A stretch of 64,000 nt of DNA, taken from contig CAXXIN010000015.1 in NCBI GenBank assembly GCA_963665275.2, forward strand, positions 57,262-121,261, read 5' to 3'. Both the position numbers and the translations under genes were made by a program. Shown piece after piece: positions 10,019 to 20,899 of the stretch. The DNA comes from Negativicutes bacterium. Lineage in GTDB: Bacteria > Bacillota > Negativicutes > UBA1444. Positions within the stretch are counted from its first letter, which is position 1, and every line of letters begins with the position of its first letter. The notes under the pieces are model-generated. The model was not told where the DNA came from and made no database searches. It worked only from the letters and a program-made list of their open reading frames with translations.

Positions 10019-10399
10019 TTAGTCTAAAACCGCAATGGCCTCAATCTCCACCACGGCGCCTTTAGGCAGACCGCCCACCTCGACGGTGGACCGAGCCGGT
10101 GGATTGACTTTGAAAAACTCAGCGTACACTTCATTCATGGCCGCAAAGTTTTTCAGATCCGATAAGAACACGGTAGTTTTCACGACTTGATCCATTGAGC
10201 AGCCTGCCGCCTGCAAAACAGCCGCCAAGTTGGTGAGCGATTGCTTGGTCGCAGCCGCAATATCAGTGACTAACTCGCCTGTTGCCGGATTGACCGGGAT
10301 TTGGCCGGAGACAAACACCATGCCGCCTGCCTTAATACCCTGAGCGTATGGACCAATGGCCGCCGGAGCCAGTTCCGTCGCAATTTGAGTGTTTTTCAT
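10019..10399 (-). CDS. ridA: RidA family enamine/imine deaminase
   Basis: APAAIGPYAQ, FVSGQIP, PPARSTVEV, VEIEAIA; ATG 10399 after GGGAGG. Confidence 0.93.
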   Translation of the reverse strand: MKNTQIATELAPAAIGPYAQGIKAGGMVFVSGQIPVNPATGELVTDIAAATKQSLTNLAAVLQAAGCSMDQVVKTTVFLSDLKNFAAMNEVYAEFFKVNPPARSTVEVGGLPKGAVVEIEAIAVLD

Positions 10400-10439
10400 A
10401 GTCGTTTCCTCCCATTCACATGTGGCGAACGCCGCTGCC

Positions 10440-13400
10440 TCAAGCCTTGAGTCCAGCGAGTTTGCGGTAATTTTCCAGTCTTTCTTTCGCATCCTCTTCG
10501 GTCTTGACGAACAAGGCCTCGGACTGCTCGGGGTATTGTTTTTTGCAGAGAAGAGTATCGTACTTCGCCCATCAGAAACTCGCGGAAGCTCGCCGTCGGC
10601 TCTTTTGAATCGAGTACGAACGGATTGGTTCCCTTCTCCTTCAATTCGGGGTTGTATCGATATAGGCCCCAATAGCCGCATTCGACCGCCCGTTTTGATT
10701 CGGCCTGACTGCAGCCCATGCCGGCCTTCAATCCGTGATTGATGCACGGCGAGTAAGCGATGATGAGCGACGGTCCCGGATAGGCCTCCGCCTCGGCAAT
10801 GGCTTTTAGGGTCTGGGCCTTATCAGCCCCCATGGCGATTTGAGCGACATAGACATAGCCGTAGCTCATGGCGATCATGCCCAGGTCTTTCTTCTTGGTC
10901 TTCTTGCCGCTGGCGGCAAATTTGGCGATGGCCGCGGTCGGAGTCGCCTTGGAGGACTGACCGCCGGTATTGGAGTACACTTCGGTATCGAACACCAGCA
11001 CGTTGACGTTCTCACCCCGACGCCAGCACGTGGTCCAGTCCGCCGAAGCCGATGTCATAGGCCCAACCGTCGCCGCCGAACAGCCAGTGCGAGCGTTTGA
11101 CCAAGAAATCCCTGTTTTCATAAATGTCATTGAGCAGCGCATCGCTACCTTTGATTTTTTCCAGGGCGGCAATGAAACGATCGGCGCGCTCCCGAGTCCC
11201 GGTGCTGTTATCCTGATTGCTCAGCCAATCACTGCAGGCTGCCTTGAATTCCGCATCCAGATCCAGCGCCGCAGCCTGCTGGATTTTCTGGGCCAGCTGC
11301 CTGCGCAGTTGTTTCACGCCCACCATCATTCCCAGGCCGTATTCGGCATTGTCTTCAAACAGTGAATTCCCCCAGGCCGGTCCGTGGCCGAGATGGTTCG
11401 TCGTATAGGGGATGGCCGGCGCGCTGCCGGTCCAGACGGACGAGCAACCGGTGGCGTTGGCGATCATCAGCCGGTCGCCGAACAACTGCGTCACGAGTTT
11501 GGCGTAGCCTGTCTCCAGACAACCGCCGCAAGCGCCCGAGAATTCGAGCAGCGGTTGTTCGAACTGGCTGCCTTTCACGGTAAAGAGGCTCATGGGATTC
11601 GGCTTGGGTGCGAGGTTTATCGCATAGTCCCACAGGGAATCCTGATGCCGTTGGGTGTCCAGCGGCTTCATTTCCAGCGCTTTTTCCTTGGCCGGGCATA
11701 CCTCGGCGCAGTTGCCGCAACCGGTGCAATCATTGACAGAGACAGCCAACCTGAACTGCAGGTCTTTGGCGCCGATCGCCGGTTTGGCGTTAAAGCCTGC
11801 CGGGGCAGCCGCCATTTCCGCCGCATTGACCAGTATCGGACGAATGCAGGCGTGAGGGCAGACGAAGGAACACTGGTTGCACTGAATGCATTTGTCCATC
11901 TGCCATTCCGGCACGTTGATGGCGATGCCGCGTTTTTCATAGGCGGACGAGCCCAATGGGAAGGTTCCGTCTTCCTGACCGACGAAGGCGCTGACCGGCA
12001 GTTTGTCACCTTCCTGGCGATTCATCGGTACGAGAATGTTGGTGATGAATTCCGGCGCCGCTTTTTGGCTTTCGCTACTGCAGGCGCAGGCGAACTTGGC
12101 TTGGTCGGCCGTCGTATCGGTCGCCGCTTTCCAAGCTGCCGGCGGCTCAATCTTAATCAAGGCATCCATCCCCTGAATAATGGCGGCATTATTCATCTCA
12201 ATGACCTTGCTGCCTTTTTTGCCATAGGAGCTGACGACTGCGTCCTTCAGGTATTGGAGAGCTTTCTCCTGGGGAATGATGTCCGCCAGCTTGAAGAAGG
12301 CTGACTGCATGAGGATGTTGAAGCGTCCGCCGAGGCCGAGATCCTGAGCGAGTTTCACCGCGTTGATGATGTAGAACTGAATGTTCTTTTCGGCGATGAA
12401 CTGCTTCATGCTGCCTGGCAGTTTTTCATCCAGTTCTTCGGCTGTCCAGGTCGTGTTCAGCAGGAAAGTCCCGCCGGGTTTCAGCCCTTCCAGCAGATCG
12501 TATTTGTCTACATAGGACTGCTGGGAACAGGAAATGAAATCCGCTTTGTTGATGAGGTACGGCGCTTTGATCTGTTGGTTGCCAAAACGCAGATGTGATA
12601 CGGTAATGCCGCCGGATTTCTTGGAATCGTAGGCGAAATACGCCTGTGCATACATGTCGGTTTTGTCTCCGATGATTTTGATTGCGCTCTTGTTGGCTCC
12701 GACCGTTCCATCGGCGCCCAGTCCCCAGAATTTGCAGGCGGTTGTTCCTGGAGCTGTCACGTCGATATCTTGTCCGAGGGACAATGAGGTGTAATTGACA
12801 TCATCGATGATCCCTACGGTGAAGTTGTCTTTGGGCTGGCTCAGTTTCAGGTTGTCAAACACTTCCTGAATATGGCCGGGGATGATGTCTTTGCCGCCGA
12901 CGCCGCAGCGTCCGCCGACGATGAGGGGTTGATGTTCCTTGCCATAGAAAGCGGTCTTGACATCCATGTACAGCGGTTCAGCCTGGGAACCCATCTCCTT
13001 GGTCCGGTCGAGAACAGCGATCCGCTGCACGGTTTTGGGAATGTGTTTGAAGAAATGCTCCAGAGAGAACGGCCGATAGAGATGAACAGTGAGGAGACCG
13101 ACCTTCTCGCCGCGGGCATTGAGGTAATCCACCACTTCTTCGATGGTTTCACACATGGAACCCATGGCGACGATCAAACGATCCGCATCCGGCGCACCGT
13201 GATAGTTGAACAGGTGGTATTCACGGCCGGTGAGTGAGTTGATTTGGGCCATATAGTCTTCCACGATGTCCGGCAGATCCTTCCAGAAGCGATTGGAAAC
13301 TTCCCGTTGTTGGAAGTGGATGTCCGGATTCTGCACGGTGCCGCGCAATACCGGATGATCCGGGTTGAGGGCTCCGCGGCGGAACGCATTCACCGCATCC

Positions 13401-13999
13401 CAGTCCATCAGTTTCTCCAGTTCGTCATATTCAAGAACTTCGATCTTTTGCACTTCATGAGAAGTCCGGAAGCCGTCAAAGAAATTGAGGAAGGGAACCC
13501 GTCCCTTGATCGCCGACAGATGGGCCACAGCCGCCAAATCCATGACTTGTTGCACGCTGCTTTCGGCGAGCATGGCAAAGCCGGTCTGCCTCGTTGCCAT
13601 TACGTCGGAATGGTCTCCGAATATACTGATCGCATTGGCGCCGATGACGCGGGCACTAACATGAAATACGCCGGGAAGAAGTTCGCCGGCAATCTTGTAC
13701 ATGTTGGGAATCATCAGCAGCAAGCCTTGCGACGCCGTATAGGTCGTCGTCAATGCGCCTGCTTGCAACGAACCGTGCACAGCACCGGCAGCACCGCCTT
13801 CCGACTGCATTTCCACAACCTGAACGGTCTGCCCGAATATATTCTTCCTTCCTTGTGCTGACCACTCATCGGTACTTTCAGCCATGTTGGACGAAGGGGT
13901 GATTGGAAAAATGGCGGCAACGTCGGTAAACGCGTAAGATACATGAGCTGCCGCAGTATTTCCGTCCATTGTCTTCATTTTTCTTTTGTTTTTTGTCAT
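10440..13999 (-). CDS. nifJ: Pyruvate:ferredoxin (flavodoxin) oxidoreductase, with two apparent frameshifts (~11015, ~10540)
   Basis: MDGNTAAA, PITPSS, EMQSEGGAAG, two 4Fe-4S motifs, GGDGWAYDIG; removing one G (GGGG) and one A (A6) restores SGENVNVLVFDTE and a C-terminus ending KERLENYRKLAGLKA*. Confidence 0.92.
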
Positions 14000-14085
14000 T
14001 AAAACACTCTCCCATTCCGTTTATTGACTGTAACTATTATACTACATCCATAAGGCGTTTAATTTTTGTGTTTAATTTTTCCTAT

Positions 14086-14742
14086 TTACTTGCCAGTCAC
14101 AAAAATCACTCGCGCCACAGCAATGCCACCGGCGATGATGACGATGGACAGCAGCGAACCCGGCAACCCGATCTTGGGAGCTATGAACGTAATCGCCAAT
14201 CCCAGGATAATAGTCAGGATACCGATTTTAAGATGTCTGCGGGATAGTTCGGCGTAAACGGCGCCAAATACCGCCGGCAGGATGAAGCCGAACGCTTTGG
14301 TTACAAATTTCGGCACCATCGGCATGATCGCCGCTCCGATAAACGTGAACAGCGTTAGAATCGCCACCGACACGAATACCGACCCGGCAATCCCGATGGT
14401 CGCCATCACATCTCCTTCAGGTGAACCCGGCTCAGCTCCGGCGACTCTCTGCGCCATTGTGGCGGCCGGCACACGGATATCGGCAACATTGCCGCACAAC
14501 CAGCTGATATACGATCCGCCGATTCCCAGCATCGGGTAAAAGGATAACGGTTGTACGAGCCAGCTGACGCCGAAAGCGCTCAGCGCCACCGCGTAAATCT
14601 GCACCAAGTCAGTGAATTGCGGCATGACGCCTACGACTCCAGCGAGATAAAGGGCCGGAACAAAATTGGCGATCAAGCCTGCGACCAGAGTAAACATTCC
14701 GATGCGGGCAGACTGGGCCTGAAAATCATAATTGCCTTCCAT
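14086..14742 (-). CDS. Membrane protein partnering DUF5058 (copy 1), putative transporter subunit
   Basis: Polytopic; VQPLSFYPMLG.GGSYISWLCGN motif; near-identical to 26247..26906. Confidence 0.75.
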   Translation of the reverse strand: MEGNYDFQAQSARIGMFTLVAGLIANFVPALYLAGVVGVMPQFTDLVQIYAVALSAFGVSWLVQPLSFYPMLGIGGSYISWLCGNVADIRVPAATMAQRVAGAEPGSPEGDVMATIGIAGSVFVSVAILTLFTFIGAAIMPMVPKFVTKAFGFILPAVFGAVYAELSRRHLKIGILTIILGLAITFIAPKIGLPGSLLSIVIIAGGIAVARVIFVTGK

Positions 14743-14790
14743 ATCGATCCTCCTCTATCAATTTGTGAAACAAATCATCAGGGGGTACTC

Positions 14791-15486
14791 TTAGAAAAAG
14801 TAGGCCGCCGTGAACATACCAATCAGCATCGCGATTCCCAGAGCCGGTTCCTGCAGCCGGGGGTAATTGCCGGCATACTTTGAAATCAGATACATGGAAA
14901 CAAAAGCCACGATTCCGGCCACAAACTGTCCGCCGCCCTTAATCAGGGCAGGACTCCACAGGGAAGCAAACAGGCCGATCGCAGCGCCCGTCATGATGAG
15001 CTTCACCCACGCGGGATTATATTTTTGATTCATTTTCTTGATGGCGGAGTTCATGCGCTTGACGAAGATCAGCGCCACCAGCATCCAGCCGGCATTGTTC
15101 ATCGCCATGCCCCAGATCGCATAGCTGAAAGCCTTGAGATCAAAAGCAGCGGATCGCATTTCAACACCGTACACTTTCGTGGCCAGCGCCGACATGGCCA
15201 GCTCGGTCCGGGCAGCGCCGATGTCGTTCATCCGCATCCAAGTTGTAGGACCACCAAGCACTGCCAGCAGCGCCAGCAGGATGACTACTGGAGCCAGAGA
15301 TGGCCCGATCGCGGTGATCATGGCAGCGCGCATCCCCTTGATGCACTCGCTGCGGGGCATTCCCAGTTTGTTGGCCGCCCTGAATCCTTCCCGCATAAAC
15401 AGGGCGCTCTGGACCAAAACCACGATCACCATGACACTAGAGGCGATCCACATTCCTGGACTGTTCATTACCGTCTGCAGATTCAT
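14791..15486 (-). CDS. DUF5058-family membrane protein (copy 1), putative transporter subunit
   Basis: N-terminal NSPGMWI..., ITAIGPS, PTTWMRMNDIGA; near-identical to 26933..27628. Confidence 0.75.
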   Translation of the reverse strand: MNLQTVMNSPGMWIASSVMVIVVLVQSALFMREGFRAANKLGMPRSECIKGMRAAMITAIGPSLAPVVILLALLAVLGGPTTWMRMNDIGAARTELAMSALATKVYGVEMRSAAFDLKAFSYAIWGMAMNNAGWMLVALIFVKRMNSAIKKMNQKYNPAWVKLIMTGAAIGLFASLWSPALIKGGGQFVAGIVAFVSMYLISKYAGNYPRLQEPALGIAMLIGMFTAAYFF

Positions 15487-15510
15487 AGTTACCCTCCCCC
15501 TTTTTTGCGG

Positions 15511-16674
15511 TTACTGATTATCCATATTCAACACGCAGGCGATCATCAATTTTGACCTTTCAAACAGCGTGTCAACCACGGCAAATTCCTCCGGGCTGTG
15601 ATTGCGTCCACCTTTCACTCCCATCGAACACACAGTAGGAACGCCCGCTATGATGGTATAAGCGGAATCCGACGCGCCACCAACATATTTCGCATACGGC
15701 GTTCCAAAGCCGTTTTCTTCTGATGTTTTCTTGACCAACTCAAACAACTGTTTCACGCCTTCAGTTGTCTTCATCGGCTTAATCCCTTCCATAAAGACAA
15801 CTTGGGTTGTTGTCCCGTCGACAACAGTCTTTGCCCCCACCGCCTGGAGCTGTTCGAGAATCCAAGGCAAGTCATCCGGATCCTTATAGCGCACATCAAT
15901 ATCGATTTTCGCATAGTCGGGGACAGCCGTGGACGTCTTCCCACCCTGCATGACCCCCACGTTGAAACTGATTCCCTTATCCCAATCCGTCAATTTTTGA
16001 ACATCAATAATCTTATGCGCGATTTCCAAAATTGCGCTCCGACCATTTTCCGGATCATTCCCGGCATGCGCCGCCACGCCGTTGACCTCCAACATAAAAC
16101 GTGCCACACCCTTACGTCCAACCACGATTCCATTATCGACAAATCCGGTTTCGGTATTGAACGCGGCCGCATATCCCTTCGCTTCTTCCAGGAAAACTTC
16201 CGGCGCGTTGGATCTGGCGTGCAGCACCTCTTCATCCCCAGCTAAAACAACTTTAATAGGGCGCGAGCTGTATCCAATAGACTTCAACGCTTTTATCGCA
16301 TAGAGAAAAGCAACGATACCGCCCTTCATATCGAGAACTCCCGGGCCATAAGCCTTGCCGTCCGTGATGGTAAAAGGTTGTCTGGCAATGGCGCCTGCCG
16401 CAATCGCGGTATCCATATGCCCCATAAAAATGACACCTGGTTTGGTTCCGGCCTCTCCCAACTCTGCGACTAGCATGTTGCCGGCATTCTCGAACTCGAC
16501 CGTGCGGGAAGAAGCTCCAACTTCATCCAGCACCTTTTTGAATCTGGCGGCAACCGCGTCAATCCCTGGTTTTTCGTGTGGCCCGCTCTCCATATTGACC
16601 ACTTCTTGCCACAGCGACACCATTTCTTCCCGCCGGTCGTCTACAAACTGAAAAGCCCTCTGTTTTTGATTCAT
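15511..16674 (-). CDS. M20 metallopeptidase (glutamate carboxypeptidase-like)
   Basis: GHMDT, GPGVLDMKGG, GDEE, NTE, AAHAG, GGASD, HSPEE. Confidence 0.92.
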   Translation of the reverse strand: MNQKQRAFQFVDDRREEMVSLWQEVVNMESGPHEKPGIDAVAARFKKVLDEVGASSRTVEFENAGNMLVAELGEAGTKPGVIFMGHMDTAIAAGAIARQPFTITDGKAYGPGVLDMKGGIVAFLYAIKALKSIGYSSRPIKVVLAGDEEVLHARSNAPEVFLEEAKGYAAAFNTETGFVDNGIVVGRKGVARFMLEVNGVAAHAGNDPENGRSAILEIAHKIIDVQKLTDWDKGISFNVGVMQGGKTSTAVPDYAKIDIDVRYKDPDDLPWILEQLQAVGAKTVVDGTTTQVVFMEGIKPMKTTEGVKQLFELVKKTSEENGFGTPYAKYVGGASDSAYTIIAGVPTVCSMGVKGGRNHSPEEFAVVDTLFERSKLMIACVLNMDNQ

Positions 16675-16858
16675 CTCTTTATCCTCCTTTATGTGTTAAA
16701 CACTTCGCGAACACTAGAGACATTCTATTGATCAAGGGTTATACCCGGGGGCAATAATAATTCGCAAAAAGCGCTTCAACCAAAGATATTCTCGTTATTC
16801 TTTGTTCAAAGCGCCTTTGCTTTCTCAAGCAATGGGACCTGTGGCAGATGTCTTTCGT

Positions 16859-17767
16859 TTATTTGAAATCTACAATGTGCAGCCCATATTCGGTTATTAT
16901 TCTTTTTATCTCGTCTATTTTTGCGGCATCCGGTGTACTAAAGGACTGGCTGGCAGCCCCAACTGCGTTATATTTAGCGGCTCCGAAATCATGGTAAGGG
17001 AGAAGTTCCACCCCTTCCACGCTGGTATTACTCTTCAGATATTCACACATTTTCCTGATATTTTTCTCGCTGGCGTTCACTTCTTCGATCAGCGGGACTC
17101 GTACTATCGTGTTCGGATTCAATTTGGATATCGCTGCAATATTCTCCAAAATCCTGCGATTGCCGACTCCGGTCATTTGCTGATGAACCTCGTCATCCAT
17201 ATGCTTGATATCCACAAACACACAATCCAGATGCCCAACGATATCTTTTGCCGAATCCCAGTCGAAATACCCGCTCGTTTCCACTGCGGTATCGATCCCC
17301 AACCGGTTGCAGGCCGTCACTAGTTGCCGCAAAAATTCAGGCTGTGCGAAGGGCTCTCCGCCGGAGAAAGTGACGCCTCCGCCGGATTCACGGTAAAAAA
17401 TCGCATCTCTTTTGATTACCGCCAAAACGTCTTCGACCATCACCGTAGAGCCTATCTTCTTGCGGGCGCCTGTTGGGCAAACTTCGCAACAGCGAAAGCA
17501 GGCTATGCATTTTTCACGGTCAAACTCACTTTTGTTTTCATCTCCCATGGTAGCGGCTGCGGTAGGGCAAGCCTCTCCACATCGACCGCAGCCGCTGCAC
17601 TTTTCACGGAGGTACAATACTTCAGGATTGCCATTCCACGATTCCGGATTGGCGCACCACCGGCAACGCAGCGGACAGCCTTTGAAAAAGACTGTGCTGC
17701 GTATTCCCTCCCCGTCGTTGATCGACCAGCGCTGGATCTGAAAGATATTTCCCTTACATGGTTTCAT
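16859..17767 (-). CDS. Glycyl-radical enzyme activating protein (radical SAM with 2x ferredoxin insert)
   Basis: DGEGIRSTVFFKGCPLRCRWCANPES; CSGCGRC and CIACFRC clusters; GGVTFSGGEP. Confidence 0.95.
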   Translation of the reverse strand: MKPCKGNIFQIQRWSINDGEGIRSTVFFKGCPLRCRWCANPESWNGNPEVLYLREKCSGCGRCGEACPTAAATMGDENKSEFDREKCIACFRCCEVCPTGARKKIGSTVMVEDVLAVIKRDAIFYRESGGGVTFSGGEPFAQPEFLRQLVTACNRLGIDTAVETSGYFDWDSAKDIVGHLDCVFVDIKHMDDEVHQQMTGVGNRRILENIAAISKLNPNTIVRVPLIEEVNASEKNIRKMCEYLKSNTSVEGVELLPYHDFGAAKYNAVGAASQSFSTPDAAKIDEIKRIITEYGLHIVDFK

Positions 17768-20123
17768 AGGTCGTTCTTTCTATAATCGCGTCCTGCGCTT
17801 CGCGGGACAAGTTGACGAATTGCGTGCTGTAACCGGCGACCCGGACCAGCATATCCCGGTAGTCCTCTGGATGCTCCTGCGCTTTGCGCAGCGTTTCGGT
17901 CGAAATCACGTTAAACTGAACATGAAACGCGCCAAGTGCAAAGTACGCCCTGATAATAGCGGCCAAATTTTTCAGGTTCCGCTCCGACTTCAGCAGTTCC
18001 GGCGCCAGTTTTACGTTCATCAGCGTACCGCCGGAATGGATGTCATGATTGATTTTGGCGACTGAACGCATCGCCGCGGTAGGGCTCGTCAAATCAGTGC
18101 CCGCATGCGGAGAAACGCCTTCCGTCAAAGGAGTTTGCGATTTTCTTCCATCCGGAGTCGCACCAATCACACTGCCGGCCGGGATATAGTTGGAGATTCC
18201 CATAAACGCCGAGTTAAACAGCGAGCCAAAATAATCTTTATACGAACGGATTTGTTGGTGATAAAACTCGGTAATTTCTACGGCGATTGAATCGACATAG
18301 TCGATATCGTTGCCATATTTGGGGCAGGCCAGCGCCGCTTGCCTCAGTTCTTCAAACCCTTTCCAGTCCGCATCCAATGCCTGGCAGATTTCTGCCAATG
18401 TGTATTTTTTGTCCTCGAATACCAATTTTTTAATCATCGCCAGGGAATTCGCCGTGTCCGCCACGCCAATCCCTGTGAGAACCGGCCCAACATTATATTT
18501 GGCGCCGCCCTTGCTCAAGTCTTGGCCTTTTTCCATGCAGCCGTCCACAAGCAGGGACAGGTAAGGCCTGGGCACCATTTCCGCATGGATTTGCTGCGCA
18601 GTGATCGTGCCGATAACCGAATGCTTGATCAAATAAGCAATCTGCCGGTAAACGGCTGCTTTAACTTCATCATAGTTGGTAAATGACGAGGCGTTCTGTT
18701 CAGTCACTCCCATATTTTTACCTGTGATCCGGCTCTTGCCGTTGTTGAGGGCGTATTCGACCGCCGCCGCCAGGTTGATGCTGACCGCCGAGGTCCACTC
18801 ACCCACTTTTCGGAAGTGGGGAACCACGCATCCACAGTTGCTCCAGTCCCGTGCATCTTCGGGGGAGAGGCCCGCCGCAACCAGCATGGCCGAGCCGACC
18901 CGGTCATTGTGTACCGCCGGGAATCCTGTCCCCACGCTGATCAATTTGCATACCGCCAGCAGAAACTCATCCGGACTGTCGGGATGAATTCGTACGCTGA
19001 GACCCGGCTGATGCGTCTTCACATTTTCAGTTGCTTTCAGGCACATATAGGAGAGTTCGTTGGTTGCATCGCGTCCATCCCGTGTCCTGCCGCCTACGGT
19101 CAAATTTTGGAACGAATTGTATCCGGCAAAAAACTTGGCGGTGTTGCTGGAAATGGCCCACACCCATTCCGACAGCTTAATCCACAGGGCCTCAATCAGT
19201 TCCTGGGCTTTTTCCGTTGTGAGAACGCCTGCTTCGATATCCTTGGCGAAATACGGGTACATGTACTGATCAAATCGTCCCAAATTCAGGGCCAACGAAT
19301 TCTCGGACAGGATGGAACCCAGTTGGGTAAACCACACCATCTGCACCGCTTCATAGAAAGTGGTTGGAGGGTTTTCCGGCACTCTCCGGCAAGTTTCGGC
19401 AATTGCCAATAACTCGGCTTTGCGCAGAGCATCTGTTTCCGTCTGCGCCGCTTTTTCCGCTTGGTCCGCATATCGGTTGGCGAGGGTGATGATCCCTTCA
19501 GATACCAGTACTGCCGCCCGGTAGAAATCGACTTTCTCCAGGGCTTCGGCCGTAACTGCCTCAATACTGTCAAGATGGGCCTGCGCCTCTTTTTTGATCC
19601 CGCCAAAACCCTTTTTGAATATCACATCCTGATAATCAGCGGTAACTTCTCCTACGGCATTACGCCACTTCGAATCATTGTCGATGATGCCGGTATCAAT
19701 CAAAATGTTGGCGGTTTCCGGGTTGATGCGCGCCAAAAAGGTCTCTTCCAGCGACTTGCCTTGCCAGTAAGGGAATATATCCTTACGCAAGGTGCGTTTG
19801 GAAATGTCATCAACACAGTATGGATCCTGATTACGACTCTCGAAAGTGTCCATCTCGCTGTCGACCCATTTCCACGAGTATTCAGGGCAAATGATGCCCG
19901 ACTTGCGAAACTCACCGATCGCCCCGACAATCAACTCGTTATCAAATATAGTGGCCGGAATGCTCTCGCAGACAGCTTTGAACGCTTTAGCCCGCCTGAT
20001 GATCACTGCTTCTCCCTCTGTCTGTTTATGCGACGCGGTAAAAGCCAGCGCACGTTTAACACTGATCGATGGTTTGGAATCAATGTACGACCTTTTAAAC
20101 TCTTCAATCCGTTTGCTTGACAT
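17754..20123 (-). CDS. Glycyl-radical enzyme (PFL2/eliminase-size, 789 aa), substrate uncertain
   Basis: C-terminal RVAGYS (Gly764); Cys loop WSNCGCVVP (Cys432); GRFDQY, ATPDGR; overlaps the activase gene. Confidence 0.93.
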   Translation of the reverse strand: MSSKRIEEFKRSYIDSKPSISVKRALAFTASHKQTEGEAVIIRRAKAFKAVCESIPATIFDNELIVGAIGEFRKSGIICPEYSWKWVDSEMDTFESRNQDPYCVDDISKRTLRKDIFPYWQGKSLEETFLARINPETANILIDTGIIDNDSKWRNAVGEVTADYQDVIFKKGFGGIKKEAQAHLDSIEAVTAEALEKVDFYRAAVLVSEGIITLANRYADQAEKAAQTETDALRKAELLAIAETCRRVPENPPTTFYEAVQMVWFTQLGSILSENSLALNLGRFDQYMYPYFAKDIEAGVLTTEKAQELIEALWIKLSEWVWAISSNTAKFFAGYNSFQNLTVGGRTRDGRDATNELSYMCLKATENVKTHQPGLSVRIHPDSPDEFLLAVCKLISVGTGFPAVHNDRVGSAMLVAAGLSPEDARDWSNCGCVVPHFRKVGEWTSAVSINLAAAVEYALNNGKSRITGKNMGVTEQNASSFTNYDEVKAAVYRQIAYLIKHSVIGTITAQQIHAEMVPRPYLSLLVDGCMEKGQDLSKGGAKYNVGPVLTGIGVADTANSLAMIKKLVFEDKKYTLAEICQALDADWKGFEELRQAALACPKYGNDIDYVDSIAVEITEFYHQQIRSYKDYFGSLFNSAFMGISNYIPAGSVIGATPDGRKSQTPLTEGVSPHAGTDLTSPTAAMRSVAKINHDIHSGGTLMNVKLAPELLKSERNLKNLAAIIRAYFALGAFHVQFNVISTETLRKAQEHPEDYRDMLVRVAGYSTQFVNLSREAQDAIIERTTYETM

Positions 20124-20195
20124 GAAAACTCCTCCTCATTTCGTTTCACTTTATCTTCAATCATGCAGAACGACCATCGCTCAGCACGATCATTA

Positions 20196-20212
20196 TTTTC
20201 GATTTTCGAAAA
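20196..20212. promoter_or_regulatory. Palindromic operator upstream of the GRE, probably for the adjacent GntR regulator
   Basis: TTTTCGA-TTT-TCGAAAA; half-site TTTTCGAAT also at ~20940 upstream of the GntR gene. Confidence 0.5.
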
Positions 20213-20233
20213 TATATCAAATAAATATTTGGT

Positions 20234-20899
20234 TTACCGGCTCAAATATTTGCCCAGATTTTTCTTTGCGTCTGTCATGTGCTTACGCAGTAATTTCTGA
20301 GCCGCTTTCACATCATTTTTAGCGCAGGCGTCCAGCAACATCCGATGCTCGTTTTGCGATTTTTCCTGATAATGCAAGGTTGATAAATAGAGTCGCATAT
20401 AGCGTTCAATGTTATTGTGCATGTTTTGAATAAGCAAGAGCAATTTAGGCCGATTCGCCGCATGATACAGGATTTCATGAAACTGCCAGTTCAGTCCGCC
20501 CCAACGTTTGCTGTCGCCTTCCGAATCGACTTCCTTCAACACTTCTTCGGCGGCGTCTAGCTCCGCTTCGGTCAAATTGGGAATCGCCAACTCTAATGCT
20601 CCTAATTCCAGATACAGCCGTATATCGAAAATTTCCTGCGCTTCCTCGGCAGACAGCTCACTGACCACCGCGCCGCGATTGGGATAAAATTTGACGAGCC
20701 CTTCGGCTTCCAGACTTTTGAGCGCTTCGCGCAGCGCGCTCATGCTGACGTTGAACTTCGAGGAGAGTTCCTCTTGTTTTAACTGGACTCCTCCGCTCAG
20801 TTCACCGGATAAAATGGCCTCCCGCAGGCTATTGGTGATCATTTCCGGCAAAGTACAATATGCGGTTTGTATCTGCGTTTTGAAATTGTAGTTTTTCAT
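20234..20899 (-). CDS. GntR-family (FCD) transcriptional regulator
   Basis: LREAILSG..QEELS..FNVS...REAL..LEAEGLV...PNRGA HTH, FCD with N..FH and EH; start could be 20956. Confidence 0.9.
   Translation of the reverse strand: MKNYNFKTQIQTAYCTLPEMITNSLREAILSGELSGGVQLKQEELSSKFNVSMSALREALKSLEAEGLVKFYPNRGAVVSELSAEEAQEIFDIRLYLELGALELAIPNLTEAELDAAEEVLKEVDSEGDSKRWGGLNWQFHEILYHAANRPKLLLLIQNMHNNIERYMRLYLSTLHYQEKSQNEHRMLLDACAKNDVKAAQKLLRKHMTDAKKNLGKYLSR

Noticed and set aside
10400-10747. N-terminal extension of RidA in the 242-aa ORF
   Set aside because: Overlaps the PFOR 3' end; the real start with RBS is at 10399
11012-11014. In-frame TGA in PFOR as possible selenocysteine or read-through
   Set aside because: The conserved sequence resumes in a different frame; an extra G in GGGG explains it
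16736-16756. ATACCCGGGGGCAAT as a CsoR-like operator
   Set aside because: Imperfect symmetry and far from the copper genes
17754-20123. Pyruvate formate-lyase, choline TMA-lyase or HypD
   Set aside because: Lacks the PFL CC pair and the GCVE motif; no microcompartment or P5C-reductase genes nearby
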